Assembly: GCA_002104905.1 (NCBI GenBank)
Contig: MCFE01000173.1
Span: 1-64,000 of the forward strand
DNA from: Basidiobolus meristosporus CBS 931.73
Taxonomy: Eukaryota; Fungi; Basidiobolomycota
Direction of reading: 5' to 3'
DNA length: 64,000 nucleotides
Shown here one piece after another: positions 48,072-61,589 of the stretch. Position 1 is the stretch's first letter. Each line of letters starts with the position of its first letter. Position numbers and translations under genes: made by a program. Under the pieces are notes generated by a model. That model saw only the letters and a list, made by a program, of their open reading frames with translations, did not search any database and had not been told where the DNA came from.

Positions 48072-49295
48072 ATGGTACGCTTGCAGTTCTGTAGCAATTG
48101 CCAGTTGCCTACTTGACAGAGAGCCTGGGGAGTCTGCATTATTGCCTTCAGTGGGCACATGTCCCACAGGGCCTTTTTTGGTTGTAGCCCTGCTTCTTGC
48201 CCTAAGTGTCAAAGCAAGCATTGTCCGACTGATATTTGCTGCTGTCAGCTGTGGGGCCTTGTTGGGAACCAGACAACTTCGCTTTATTTTTTGGTGGCAT
48301 ATACATAGAAGTTAGTCAAGCCAAAAGGGAAACAGTCCTACATATATGTGTGTATGTGGTGTCACAGCTTTACTGGTAATGCTTACAATAGGGGGTTTTT
48401 ATTGAATCTTACATTCATGAAGGTGCAATGTCTTAAAGACAAGACTATCTGAAGCTCACATGAGTATAGACAAAAAATTGATCAATAGTGGTACATTGTT
48501 GAGTGTCATACTGTTTGTCCCATGGACAAGACTACTCTGATTCAACACTGTAAGAGAAGAGAAAAAAGACCATGTGGCTATTGTAGCAAGCCTCTCCGCC
48601 ATGAAGTACAATAGTTCCTAAGAAAAAGGCTCACTGATGGATTGGGAGCCTATCTACCCTATCAGCAAGACCCTGCATGAGCCCAGCAAACTCTCAATAT
48701 GCAAAGTGTTACTACCAATGAAAAAAATGCCAAAGACACTTTACGGTGCCAAGTGAGCCCAGTAATCTCTTTTCTAGTGAATGATGTGATGTTATGGTAG
48801 AGAAGTAGCATTTTTCCACAAATATCAGTAATGGGGCCTTGAGGACTTGCTACTGGCTCTTGCCAAAATCATTCTGGGAGGCAAATGATCAGGTACTTGG
48901 TACAAGTGGACAACCATTATGTAGTAGACAACACAGGACCCTGACACTGTCCTGGTTCCAGCTTGTGTTAGCAGTTGCATGGCATTCACATTAGAAAATG
49001 CCACCATTGAAAGGTGTCCAACCTGTCAGAAACGCACCACCATAGCAGGAAACATTTTTCACACTCGGGATATATTCCAGTAACACCCCATCTAATGCAG
49101 CTTATGCTGTCCAACAATTATTGCAAAGCTATAAAGTACTGCACTCAGTGTCAATCAAGCACAAGTATATCCAATATATTCAAAGGCAAACACTTTAAGC
49201 TACTAAAAGGCATGGGCTACTTTGAGGGTGTGTATGACCATGACTTTGGCTTGACACTTGGTGAATTCATACCAAGAGAGTACTCCACCAAAAAA
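48072..49295 (+). mobile_element. CACTA/CMC fragment (ORF2 N-terminus, divergent promoter, internally deleted transposase N-terminus)
   Basis: Aligns by eye with 23040-24480 of copy 1. Confidence 0.78.
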
Positions 49296-52200
49296 TCCAC
49301 AAAAATATAGTCCTTTGAACAAGAGGTATTGATACAGTCCAAACACCAGGGAAAGACCATTGACTAGAAATTGTACCACAGACTTCACAGACAACTTGGT
49401 TGAGATCTTCTATCACTGTGATACACATGAAGCATGTAATTAGTTTACTGCCCACTCTCTGACTTTCTGATTCTTGACACTCAATCACCTCTCACATTTG
49501 TGTATATTGATTGGCTATTATCTCTTTTGCACAATCCTTTCTTCCAGACTCCACCAATTCTCTTACTTTTCTTGCATGCAAATTGACTTATTTCAGTTGA
49601 AACTTCAGCTGTACCGCAATTGCCAATTATATTGACCTATGCAAGTCCTTATACCCAGCACTTATGTTGAGCCCAGCCCCACACATATTAAGCAACTGCA
49701 TTAAAATCCACCATTGAGTATGTGTTACTGCTGTAACACCCTCATTCCATGAATATGGTGGGAATCCTGCAGCTTTATGCAATTGATAATTAACTGCTTC
49801 CCATGCATCCTGGTCTTCCACCAGCACTACAAGGTTTAGCACCTCATCTGCCAGTCTTTGCAATAAGTTGAGGCAAAATACAACTACAAATTGTTGAGCA
49901 CTGCTCATGAAGAAGTGCTCCAGATTCTTGATGTGTCTATTGATGTTCCAAAATTTCATAGTAGGCATTGTGATACTCATTTGAGTTCTTTATGATATCT
50001 CATTGTCTGTCAGTGGGATCTTCACTCCTTTAGCAATGTGGGATGTGGAGGCTGTGGTAGGCAAATTGTCTTTCTCTGCAAGCTTATCTACCTCACTAGA
50101 GTGTAGTTAAACTGGCAACACTTCCAACTCTTGAGATAACAGCATTTGTCTTGTTTGGAATTCTCCTTGGATATGAATGGATTCCTTGTGTTCTGGGCTG
50201 ACAGCATTAATTGGTGAGAGCTGCAGCTTTTTTCTCATTCTTCCCTGTCACTGGCTTGGGTAGACCATTTTCTCTTCACCTTTACCTTTATCACTTTCAA
50301 GTTTTCACTACTAATTTGACTTGGTGCTTGTTGTACTGTGCTCTGTTTTCTCCTTGATGAATGCTGTACTAGAGCACCCATTATTTTGTGCTTGTCTCTT
50401 GCCAACACTTTCCTTGCAACCTGACATTTCTTTGCAGGTTGCTTAGAATTATTAGCCTTGATTTCAACAGGTGTGTAAGAGAGCTGAATGCATTTCTCTC
50501 TGTAAAGTCCTTTGCTACTAATTTGACTGAGTGTGTCTTGTATTGTACATTGTTTTCTCCAAGATGAATGCTGTACTGGTGCATTCATTTTTGCCTGCTG
50601 GTCACTTGCCGGCGCTCTCCTAGCAACCTGAGATTTATCTCACTGAGAGCCTGAGGAGCCAGCATTATTGCCATCAGTAGGCACACCATCAAAATTACCT
50701 TTTTGGATGTATCCCTGCTTGTTGCACAGCATATTAAAGCAACACCCTTTCCAGTCATTCTTCTGCTGCTATCATCCGTGGTGTTTGGTCAGGAACTGGA
50801 CAAATGTGCTTTTTTTTTGGTGGCAGATATATAGAAGTATTTAAAATCATAAGGGCAGTAGTGTTTCATATATGTGTGTATGTAGTGCTGCAGCTCTATT
50901 CATAATGCTTACTATTGCAGATCATAATTGAATCTTACATTAATTTAAGTGCAATATCTTAAGTATAAGACTGTCTTAAACTCACAGCAGTATCAGAAAA
51001 AAAAGTGATATCAATGCATTACATTGTTGAGTGTCAGACTGTTTGCCCTATGGAGAAGACAACTTTGATGCAATGCCATATGTGAAGAGAAAAAAGGCCA
51101 TGTGGCTATTGCAACAGGCCTCTCAGTCACTAAGCATGCAGGGAGCATATGAACTATAACCAGGATAACTGCTAGTGTTTGTCATACAAGTCATATTTAA
51201 TTATTTATTAATACTGTGGTAGTAGAAAGTATTCAGTTACTACAATATCTCAAAACTAATATGCCACTCATTTCTTTATTGTGCTTTTGCAATTGTAGTA
51301 TACATATGAAAGATCAAGAAGTTCCAAGCTTGAAGAACAATAGCTCAAGACCCTGACAGGCAATCCACCCAGAATATTATGTAATGCAGAACATGCAGTA
51401 GACAACACATGTTTCAAATTACAGCCCACTTGAAGCAGTACTGAAGGAGTTATGATCAATAGAGTCTAATTACCATATATACTAGACCTATACTGGCCTT
51501 TATTGCTAGGATTACAATAGTGACTATGACTGCATGTAGCCTATCTAAACAAGCAAAATTTGCACAGGTACTGCACCTATGTCTGACTGTATCACAGCAA
51601 GGTTTTAGCTATGTATCCAGTGTATTGTTGGCACAATTGTCAAAAAACTTTGATCCTTCAAAGTCTTTATATATATGACTTCCACAGCTGAAAAATAAAA
51701 GAGAGCCTCTCTTTCCAGAATCTCCACACTACAATCACAAATTTAAAGGTTACAAGGATTTCCCTGCATCACTTGTGCTGTTGGGTATTCTGACTATGAC
51801 TGGTACTTTATCAGTAAAGAGACTGCAAAGATCACAAGAATTCAATCAGAGTTCTCAAGAAAACTGCCATTTTTCTGTTGGAAAAGTCCCCTCTAAGAAA
51901 CCCCTTTACTCTTGAGATGCTACTTTAGACACCTATTTAGCCTAAGGACCCCTTTAGATGAAAGAGGAGCTTAAGATTTCCAAATGAGGAAATAATTTCT
52001 CAGAAAGGAAAGTGACTACTTAATAAGGAAAATCTACTATCAAAGTAAATAAGCCCAATAGTCTACAGAAGGTAGGACACTGATGCACAAGTGCAAAACA
52101 CTGTCTACGGCATATTTTAAGCCTAAGGTTGAGTATATTAGTTAAGGTTATATCTTCTATTGATATATCAATCTCCCAATGAGCTATTTCAGTATTAGCA

Positions 52201-52490
52201 TGCCTGAAGTTGTTGTATATTGCTGATTAGCCTCTACATTGTAGAAAAAGCCGTAAAATGATCATTTTACAACACAAAAATACTAATGCATCTATGATAT
52301 CCTGCCAGCCACTTGATATTTAATAATGATCCCAAGCCATACCTGTTACCTGACTCAAACCATGTCAGGTGAGCTTGCAATGACTTTAGGCTCACATCAG
52401 CCTTCCAAACATGGCATACAGAGTGATCGCCTGGAAGAAGAAGACTTGTAGATACATTTTGAGCCCATCTCCCCCAACAACAGTACCCTA
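49296..52490 (+). mobile_element. CACTA/CMC diverged copy (left-end region, ORF2 remnants, promoter, transposase start) with solo LTR
   Basis: Matches 21650-22466, 26656-26900 and 23100-23860 in order. Confidence 0.75.
51215..52279 (+). mobile_element. Solo LTR family 5 (~1065 bp)
   Basis: Homologous to 40209-41446; 4-bp TSD ATAC (51211-51214, 52280-52283); the terminal CA is mutated. Confidence 0.82.
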
Positions 52491-54508
52491 TGTTGTATCC
52501 AAGAGAAAAGTGTAATAAAACTCTTGAATGAGTTAACTGAACCTAAGTAACAACTAAGGGTAGAATCTTAGAATTGTCAAGAGTAAAAGAAATATTAGCA
52601 GAGGGGTTTTGGTATAATATTGATCATATATAGCTGAGGTGGGCTATAAAGGCAACACAGTAGGTTTTCTAGGCTGGCTTGGCTTGGTGCTCTTGAGAGT
52701 GCTAGATATGCTAGGCTTGGGCAGAAACTAGATGGAATTGATGGACTCCTACTTTTGCAGAGGCACAATCATAATTTTGCTGAGACACATACTAAACCAA
52801 AAGGTTCAGTAAGCTTTATTTATACTTTTCTTATCAAGTTGAATTAATAAGCGTCAAGGGACTGGACTAATTGAAATCTGTTGGGGTGTTGATAGGCTCA
52901 TAGGATACATGAGAGTTTGCAGCATTAATCAGCTGATGTATTGACAACTGCTAAATGGTTGGATAGATCTCAATTGACTAATCACATTAAAGGATTAGCA
53001 GGTCAGTTGAGGATGTAATAATCACCTGAAAATTGATCAGGTGTGACAGCTAAAAATAGATTCTGAGTAGTGATAAAAAAACCATAACTGAGAATAGTTA
53101 TGATTGGGTTAGGGAAAATCAGTTAGGGTACTAGATTTCCCAATCAAATAAAATAGGTAAAGTATTAAATTTTGGTGCACAACATCACTTCTTCCAATGA
53201 AAGGAGTTTGGTGATATCTTCTGGGTTCCCCTGCAGCTCAAATACTGATCAATGATGGAAACATCATCAAAGTTGGTGCAAGGTTCCCAAGTGTTGTGTT
53301 TGACATCATAACCTTTCCACATGACTAAATAAAGGCAATTTGGCTCTTCTCATCATTGTCAACAATAGCTTCAACTTCATAGGATTCTGAAGCAGCTGGG
53401 TCTTGAGATATAAGCTTTTGTGAAGAAAGTGGAAAGTTATTGGGTAACAGTGCTCCAGTACTGTCATAAATTACATTGGATCCTGCAGTGGTACATCCAA
53501 CAACCTTGAATAGGCCTTTGTATTAGGAGTCAAGTTTAGATTGTTGCATTGGATCTAGTGTCATGACATATGACCCATCCAGGAAGCTTCTGTCCCTGTG
53601 TCTTGAGGTGTATGTTGAAGTCATCTTTTGCTGTGACATCTTACTTCTGGCACAGATAGCAGGGTAGACAATGTGGATAAGGTACTCAAGTTGATCTTCA
53701 ACTTATTTGTATTTAACTTTGCTAACTCTGGTTTCTGGTAGTCTCCAAATTAGTTGTATCTTCTTTCTAACATCAAAGAGAATGGTGTTGATTCATGTAG
53801 CATGGCAATTTTGGTGTTGATAACAAGCTGTACAGTGGAAATGTACTTGTGCCAACTCTTCTTGACACATTTGATAGATTTTCTGATGATGTTCACTGAG
53901 GTCTGAACATGTCTTTCAGCAGGTCCATTAGCTTTGGGACAATATGGAGTGATCAGACAGTGATCAATGGTGCTATTCTGGCAAAGGGTTTTGATCATAT
54001 GATTTGCAAATTCTGCTCCATTATCCAATTGAATGACCTTATGGAATCCAAAAAGGCAGAAGAGCTTGAATAGTTCTAGTGTAACAGTGGCAGCATACTT
54101 GTCTAGGATAGCTATGAGGAAGACAACATATATGCAGACATCCACAATTACAAAGAGGTAGTGATTACCATCATTACCAGTGGTGAAAGGTCCAGCTAGA
54201 TCAATTGCGATATGATCCTTAGGAAGGCTTGCATGAATGCAACTCAAAATGTGAGATCCATGGCAAATGATATTGTAAAGTTGACACTCTCTGCAAGACT
54301 TGACAAACTTTAGGCAGCCGCCTTGATATTTGGCCAGTGATATCCATCAGAGTGTAGCTTCTTGATAAGTGTGTCAGTTCCAAAGTGGCTAGGTAAGTGA
54401 CTCCTCTGTATCAATGTCTCCTTTCATTGGCATGTGCAATTTTCCAAGTTGCCAAATCTAGTTGAGGAATTAATTTGGAAGTTGTAGTGTGCTGACTGAT
54501 TATGTCAG

Positions 54509-54750
54509 TGTTATGATCTGCCGCTTGAATGTTTAAATTAGATCAGTTTTTAGTCAAATCAATTAGTATATGTTTAAGTTATCAGTATATCAGTATTATC
54601 TATGAAATCAGTAGCATTAGTCAGAAAATGAATCATCAGATCCTTATCAGACAGAAATAGATATATTAAGTAGGATCTAATTGTGTGATGATGATGCAAT
54701 CAAATGAGTCATCAGCCACAACCTTCATCAGGAAATACAATTAGTCAGCC
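54509..54750. repeat. LTR-like repeat family 2, truncated
   Basis: Starts TGTTATGA; reverse-complement match to 61830-62077. Confidence 0.7.
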
Positions 54751-57700
54751 TAATGTCTCTTTGACGCTTGTCTGGAGCTTTTGGCCCTGCTTGTAATGGG
54801 CTCTTGAGGAAGCCGCTGGTTTTTAACCATGGCACCCTTGTTCTTCTGCCTTTGATAGTTTATGCTATTCTTAAGATACTTTCTTAGCATACCAATGCTG
54901 GCCTAAAATCCATTTGCCTATTTGAATCCGGGATAGTGCTCATGGAACAAGTCAAGTGCATTCTGCTTGGCCTTGAGTTCCCAATGGTCCCATGGTATGC
55001 TGGCCTCAAGGTGATGGTGTGCTAGACTTCTGATGGCCTCTTGTATATTAGCCCACTCTTCAACATTGAACTCAACGGCTTCACAGATCTTCAATGTCTT
55101 TTGATTTCTAGGCTTTGGTATAAACACCACATTGTCTCCCTCCCATGCTGTGATAGGTTTTTCTGTGGGCTTTATCTTTGGGCACTGTTGTTGTGCTTCA
55201 AAGACTGTACATTGTTCCTCTGCTGTTACATCAGGAAATGGCTCAATTCTTGGCTGTGACATTGAGCTACTTGAGTTCCTTCTTTGCAGCAAAGATACTG
55301 CTTTCTCTACCTGGGATATTGATTGCTCTACATGAATTATCCGCTCATCCTGTTTCTGGACCACTTCCTGATTTCTCTGGGCCATTGCATCTATCCTGTC
55401 AGCCACTGCACCTAATTGCTTCATTAGTGCTTTGGTATGAGCTGACAACATACTTGCTAATATGGGTGGTGGTGATGTTATCATAGCCACTTGCTGATCT
55501 TCAACAGAGGGTACTGCGTTTGCTACATTCTCATCTGCCTGAGCATAATGGTCAGCTTGTGGCTCCGCAGAAGTTCTCAATTGCCTACTTGACTGAGAGC
55601 CTGAGGAGTCTGCATTATTACCTTCAATGGGCACACTGTCCACAGGGCCTTTTTTGGATGCAGTCCCGCTTGTTGCACTGAATTTCAAAGCAAGCTGTTG
55701 TCCAACCGCTCTTCTGTTGCCATCAGTGGTGGGGTTTGGTTAAGAACCAGACAACTTTGCTTTATTTTTTGGCGGCATATATATGGAAGTGAGTCAAACC
55801 AAAGGGGAAATAGTGTTACATATACATGTGTATATGGTGCCACAGCTTTATTTATAATACTTACTATGGCGGGTCATCATTGAATCTTACATTTATGTAG
55901 GTGCAATGTCTCAAATACAAGACTGTCTTAAGTTCACATGAGTATTGACCAAAAAGTGATATAATAGCGATACAATGTTGAAGGTCAAACTGTTTGCCCC
56001 ATGGACAAGACTACTTTGACTCAACACCATAAGAGAAGAGAAAAAGACCTTGTGGCTATTGTGGCAAGCCTCTCAGCCATGAAGCACGCAGACAGCATAG
56101 GAAGTATTACAAGGATCATGGCCAGTGTTTTGCCACTCAAGTCATATTTGACCATTCATTGGTCACTACTGTACCAACATTATCTTGCCGGCCAGTTGAT
56201 ACTTCTATATTGGCACCTGGCTGTCTTTGTCACCTTGTGCAAACTGAGTCAGGTGAGTTTGTGACGCCTTTAGGCTCACCTCAGCCTTCTGAATATGGCA
56301 CGCAGAGTGATAGCTCTGACAAAGAAGGTTCACTGATGGATTGTGAGTTTATCTCCCCAAACAACAGTACCACGTATGAGCCCAGTCAAATCCCTATATG
56401 CAATGAGACAACACCTGTTGAAACAAGTGCCAAGGATACCTTATGGAGCCAAGTGTGCCCAGTAATCCATCTACTGGTGAATGATGTAATGTTGTGGCTA
56501 GAGAAGTGGCGCGTTTCCACTAATATCAGTAATGGGGGCTTTGAGGATTTATTAATACTTCTTGCCAAAATCATACCGGGATGCAACTTACCATGTACAT
56601 GGTACAAGTGGACAACCGTCATGTGGCTGGCAACGTATGATCCAGAGACTGTCCTGATTTCAGCATGTGTTAACAGTTGCATGGCATTTACATCCAAAAA
56701 TGCTACCATTGCAACATGTCCAAATTGTCAGGAATCCACCACCGTTGAGGGAAAGCATCATTCACACTCTGGATATATTCCAGTCATACCCTGTCCAAGG
56801 AAGCTGATGCAGTCCAACAAATATTGCAAAGCTATATAGTACCGCACTAAGCATCAATCAAGCGCAAACATATCCAATATATTTGATGGCAAACATTACA
56901 AACAGCTAAGAAGCAAGGGCTACTTTGAAGGTATGTATAACCATGCCTTTGCTTTAGCACTTGATGGATTCTCATTAAACAAGTACTCTACCAGCAAATT
57001 CTGCTGGCCTCTGATTCTCATCAATCTGAATCTAGCACCTGTCTTATGGTATCAGAGCAATAATCTGATGGTAGTCTCACTGGTATCTGGGCCTATATCA
57101 CCATCCAACCTGGATAGCTACCTGTATCCATTGCTGAATGAATTTTGTATGCTTTCCAGCAGGATAATGGTAAATGGCTGTCATGTAAAAGCGCATATTA
57201 TTATCTGCATTGGAGATACCCCAGCCATCAGCAAGATAGCAGGTTTTTCCGGGCACAATATACGGTATTGCTGTCAAATGTGTGAGATCCAGGGGATTTA
57301 CTCCATAACTCACACACATTATTATTACCCAAACACCAGCACAGAGAGCATCATCTTTCCACAGAGAGAACGTACAGAAGTAAGCATGCAATTGCAGCAA
57401 AGTTGGCAAGCTATAAGCCATTGGCCAGAACATGGAATCAATCAGCAACCAGAGATACTTAAGATAGAAGTTATCTGTTGGAGCAAAAGCTTTCCACTGG
57501 GAGCAATGCATTTGCTTTTCAACAATATCCCTATACTGATGACCAAGTAGTACATGGGGCATTTCAAGCTATATGAGCCCTTTGAGATACTGGAGAAATT
57601 TGAAAGAATTGGCAAGATATTACAGAGTATACACTACCCTAGGTACTTCTCACGGGCTCCAATTAGTATTCATATGCATATGCAACAATACAAATGCAAA

Positions 57701-59168
57701 GACTGGATGAACTGGATATGTATTTATTCAAGTGGTATTCTGAAGCTATTCCTACCAAGAGTACATTGGAAGCATTGGGAGTCATATGTGGACATTGTAT
57801 GAATATTTATCCAGAAGCGGATCACCAATGCCAACTTGACACATCTACAGCTGTTGTGTGAGGAGTTTGTGATGGGATTTGAGCGGCTATACTACAAGCA
57901 TAAAGCTGAACGCGTAGATCTCTGCTGCTACTGTATCCATTCTCTACTCCATCTTGCATGGTGTGTGGAGAATATCAGGCCTTGCTTCACCTTTTGGGAG
58001 TTTCCTATGGAGTAGATGTGTGGGGAGATAGGAAGACAAGTCAAGTTGCAGGTACTACCATATCCCAATCTCATCAAGAATATTACCTTCAAGTCTGTCA
58101 TGGATGTGATGAGTTGGCACATGGAGGACAGCCAGAAAGAGTTGGAAAATACTGAGGACAAATGTGCACATGGAGACACCTATGCCTACGGCATTAAGAA
58201 GCTAAGCAGCCCCAATGTGTGGGTAATCAGTTAAGTAATGCAAAGTTGGGTTGGGTGCAACAAGCAACTAATTTTTATCAGGAAAACTCCACCAAGATGT
58301 GCTGGATTTCTTGTGGTCACAAACCAGCTTCTACACCATTCAATACAAAATTCACACAAACAAAACCCAGAGCACACCTATAAGGGGGACTAGAATCCAG
58401 CAGGGAGAAGGAATATATTGGCTAAATACCAAGAAGGTCTTTGCGGATATTCAGGAGGTATTAATGGCAGAAGTGGCAACAACCAAGCATATGTTTCCAA
58501 GATGTATATGCTACCAGCAGTACAAGGTTTATGGCAACTTTGCAAGTATCACACTAAAAGCCATAAAGTTGAGGTGATAGAAGTATGTCAGTTGTGGCAG
58601 GTATGTGTGTTTGTAGAGGTTAGTAAGCAGGAGGCCATAATTTTTTTTGATTTGAACTATATGTGGAATACCCAAGGTAGTAGTGGGTGAGCAAATAAAG
58701 AAAGGTGATTCTACTGTGGAATATATGAATTGCACAAGGGGAGGTAGAAAAAGGAAATACCATTAGGTAAATTGGTACAGTAGCATTATACAGAACTAGC
58801 AGCAGGCTGTCATACTGCCAAGAAAAAGCCATCAGAGTCTTGCTGTGAGGCTGTCAAAATACCATCAAGTTTCTTGCCATATAAGGCAATTGGAAGTCCT
58901 GGCCAACTGGATCCACTTAAAATAGTAATAAAGTGCTGAAAGACTGCAACAATGCCATGCAAATATTGTCACAGCACCAATCAAAAATTGTCAAGCTTTA
59001 TCCCTTTATTTGGCTGTAAAATTTGCAAAACACCGCCATGATCACATTATAAGATTGTCAGGAGGGTTACTAATTCCAAGCTGCTGTTATTATGACAGTT
59101 TCTAAACAGGATCTTGATGGATGATCCGGATTGGATCCACCTGCGGGACCAATTTATTTTTTGTAGGG
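54751..59168 (+). mobile_element. CACTA/CMC copy 2 (left end deleted, right TIR intact)
   Basis: Highly similar to copy 1 over ~3.8 kb; ends TTTTTTGTAGGG. It has the longest ORF2 piece (54918-55688) and a disrupted transposase (56001-58700). Confidence 0.92.
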
Positions 59169-60799
59169 ATGTCTCTCCCAATGAGAGGTTGGGAAAAGTC
59201 TTGAAAGGTGGTCAGTCAGGATGTTGAGAATTCCTGGGCAATGAATAACTGTATACTCATAATCAAGTAGAGTATTAAGCCAGTAGGTAAGCATTAGAGT
59301 TGGAGTCTTCTGAGTATGGATATAGACAAGGGCTTGGTTGTCAGTTTACAAAGTAAAAGGGTTACCCTATAAGTATTGATGAAACTTCTTCAAGACAAAC
59401 ACTATGGCAAGTAGCCCCTTCTTGATGGGAGAGTAGTTTCTCTCAGCAGGTTATAGGGATTTGGCTTGAAAAGAGATCCAGTGAGGCAGATTTTTGTTTT
59501 TATCCTGGTATGGGATAGCCCCTTACCCAACATTAGATGCATCTGTAGCAACAACAAAGATCTTAGTAAATGCTATGTATGATATGGTGAGTACTTGTGA
59601 GAGCAATTGGCAGAGTGACTCAAATGCATGGTCATGAGCCTTGTTCTGGCTGAGGCAAGATCAGGATTATGGCATAATGCATCCAAAGGGGCACTCAATG
59701 AGGACATCATAGGTATGTGCTCCCCAATAGAGTTGAATACTGCAAGTTAATGTTGGGGATGCTTAGCACTAGTAGGTTTGGGCAATTCAGGACTATTGAC
59801 CAGTCTGAAAGGATCAAGTTGGTGGCCATCTGGTGGGATTAAGAATATATGTAGATTGATTTTTAGGCAAACAAAACTGCACTTTTCAGCATTATAAGTG
59901 TATATAATAATAACCCTAGTGGTTTTATCATATTCATATGGGGCAAATGCAGTTGAGAATTTTTCAGAAGGACCCAATTGGTTATCAAAAAGTAAACTTT
60001 TTACTTTAGTCCATTAATTTTTAACTTCATCATAACTGTAAAATAGAATCCACTCACAATATAAGATAGAAGCTTGTTTTTGTTTGTAGATAGCATGTAA
60101 CTATTGTTGTGACATTTTATTATTTCCATATATCAAATTCATAAATATAAAATGTAAAATATGAGTCATAGTTATTGGATTAAGAAAGGTAAACATAGGT
60201 ACAATCATTGAACAAAATAAGAAGAAATGTGGTTGTAGTTACAAAATTGGGAAAGTTCCAAAAAATAAATATACAAAGACACCCAGAGCTTTCTACTCAA
60301 GTTATCTCATCTTGGTTAGCTTTCTGAGGTATGCAATAGAACAGATCAATGAATAGTACCCAAAAATATGTATTAAGGTGCACCATGGTCACTTAGGCCA
60401 TGTAAATTGTTTAGTGCAGATATGAAAGGATCCAATAAAGATTTTGCAGGTCCCAACAATCTTTTTGGGCTGGGGGATGGATTTTGTTTGTGTTTTACTG
60501 AAGATGAGCTGAGACCTAGCTCAGAGACTGAAGTGATGGATTTGGATGCCTACACAGCAGTTTATTGGCATCAACCAGGTCATAAATGTGGCTTGCTAGA
60601 AAACTAATGGGATTATTAAATCTTTTGTAAGTAATATATGATACATCTGGGACTGTGTTGAATCAGGTCAGGTTGCATTATGCAACATAATGATGCAATA
60701 TGTAGCAAATAATGAAGAATTAATCACAAGGCATGGAGAATCATATATATTAGGCTGATATCACAAATATATTTGACTCATTCCACACTTGATCACTAA

Positions 60800-61130
60800 C
60801 TAAAGTTAACACAACTTACTGATCTGCTTAGTCTTTTCCCATTAATTATACTATTACTACTGGAGTTCCTCTTGGCATATGAGAATAGAATGTTTCCCAG
60901 CACTGTAGTCATATACCCTTTTACACTAAAAGTAATCCCTTTTTAAGCATCTTTGCTATTACCTGAGCTATTGCCCAGTAGTTTTTGTCCCATCATTCAG
61001 AAAACCTAAGCTCTTAGAAGCATTCATTCCCAGATGACTGCAAACAGAGCCTCCTGGCAATGGGTATGAATTATTCTGGGCAATCTTGAAATACTAAGTT
61101 CTGAAGCTACAGTATATTTCTGCCTGACAG
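60800..61130 (+). pseudogene. Highly decayed Harbinger transposase 5' fragment
   Basis: Patchy match to 29640-29945 (e.g. GCTATTAC..AGCTATTGCCC, TTCATTCCCAG.TGAC, AATACTA.GTTC.GAAGCT). Confidence 0.6.
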
Positions 61131-61589
61131 AGTGCTCTGTCTAAATATCAGAGACATATTGGAAGCAAAATGGAGAAGTAGAAGATTTATATGATATTCA
61201 CTTATTGATTTATTAAGTGGCAGCACAGTATTTATTCCTGTTACAAGACTACATAAACTTTACTACAAAATCTCTATTGGGGGAGTCTCAAGAGTACCAG
61301 TGCCAAGGTTCAGCCCATTTTGACAGCTTCAGACTTTCCTACTATTCTGTACTTCACTAATCACAAATATATTAAAAACTAATATCTAGGTTTATATTCT
61401 GAAATATATACTTTTATAAGTGCTAGCTCCTAGTATAATAATAGTAATCAGGTAGACTTTGAGTTATTACCACATAGTCAGCAACAAGTGCCATATCACA
61501 GGTACTTGGATACTTTAACTGTGAGGACTAATAGGCATTTAAGAGGATAGAAGCACTTGTATTCAGGCAAATATATAGCACACTGTTTA

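Larger units (their letters stand above)
52491..59900 (-). mobile_element. Ty3/gypsy chromovirus remnant B (52491-54508 + 59169-59900), same family as A
   Basis: 694-bp LTR; PPT GGAAGAAGTGA; chromodomain EVEAIVD..YLVMWKGYDVKHNTWEP; integrase ORF 53750-54247. RNase H/RT resumes at 59169, 7 bp after the break relative to copy A. Confidence 0.88.
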
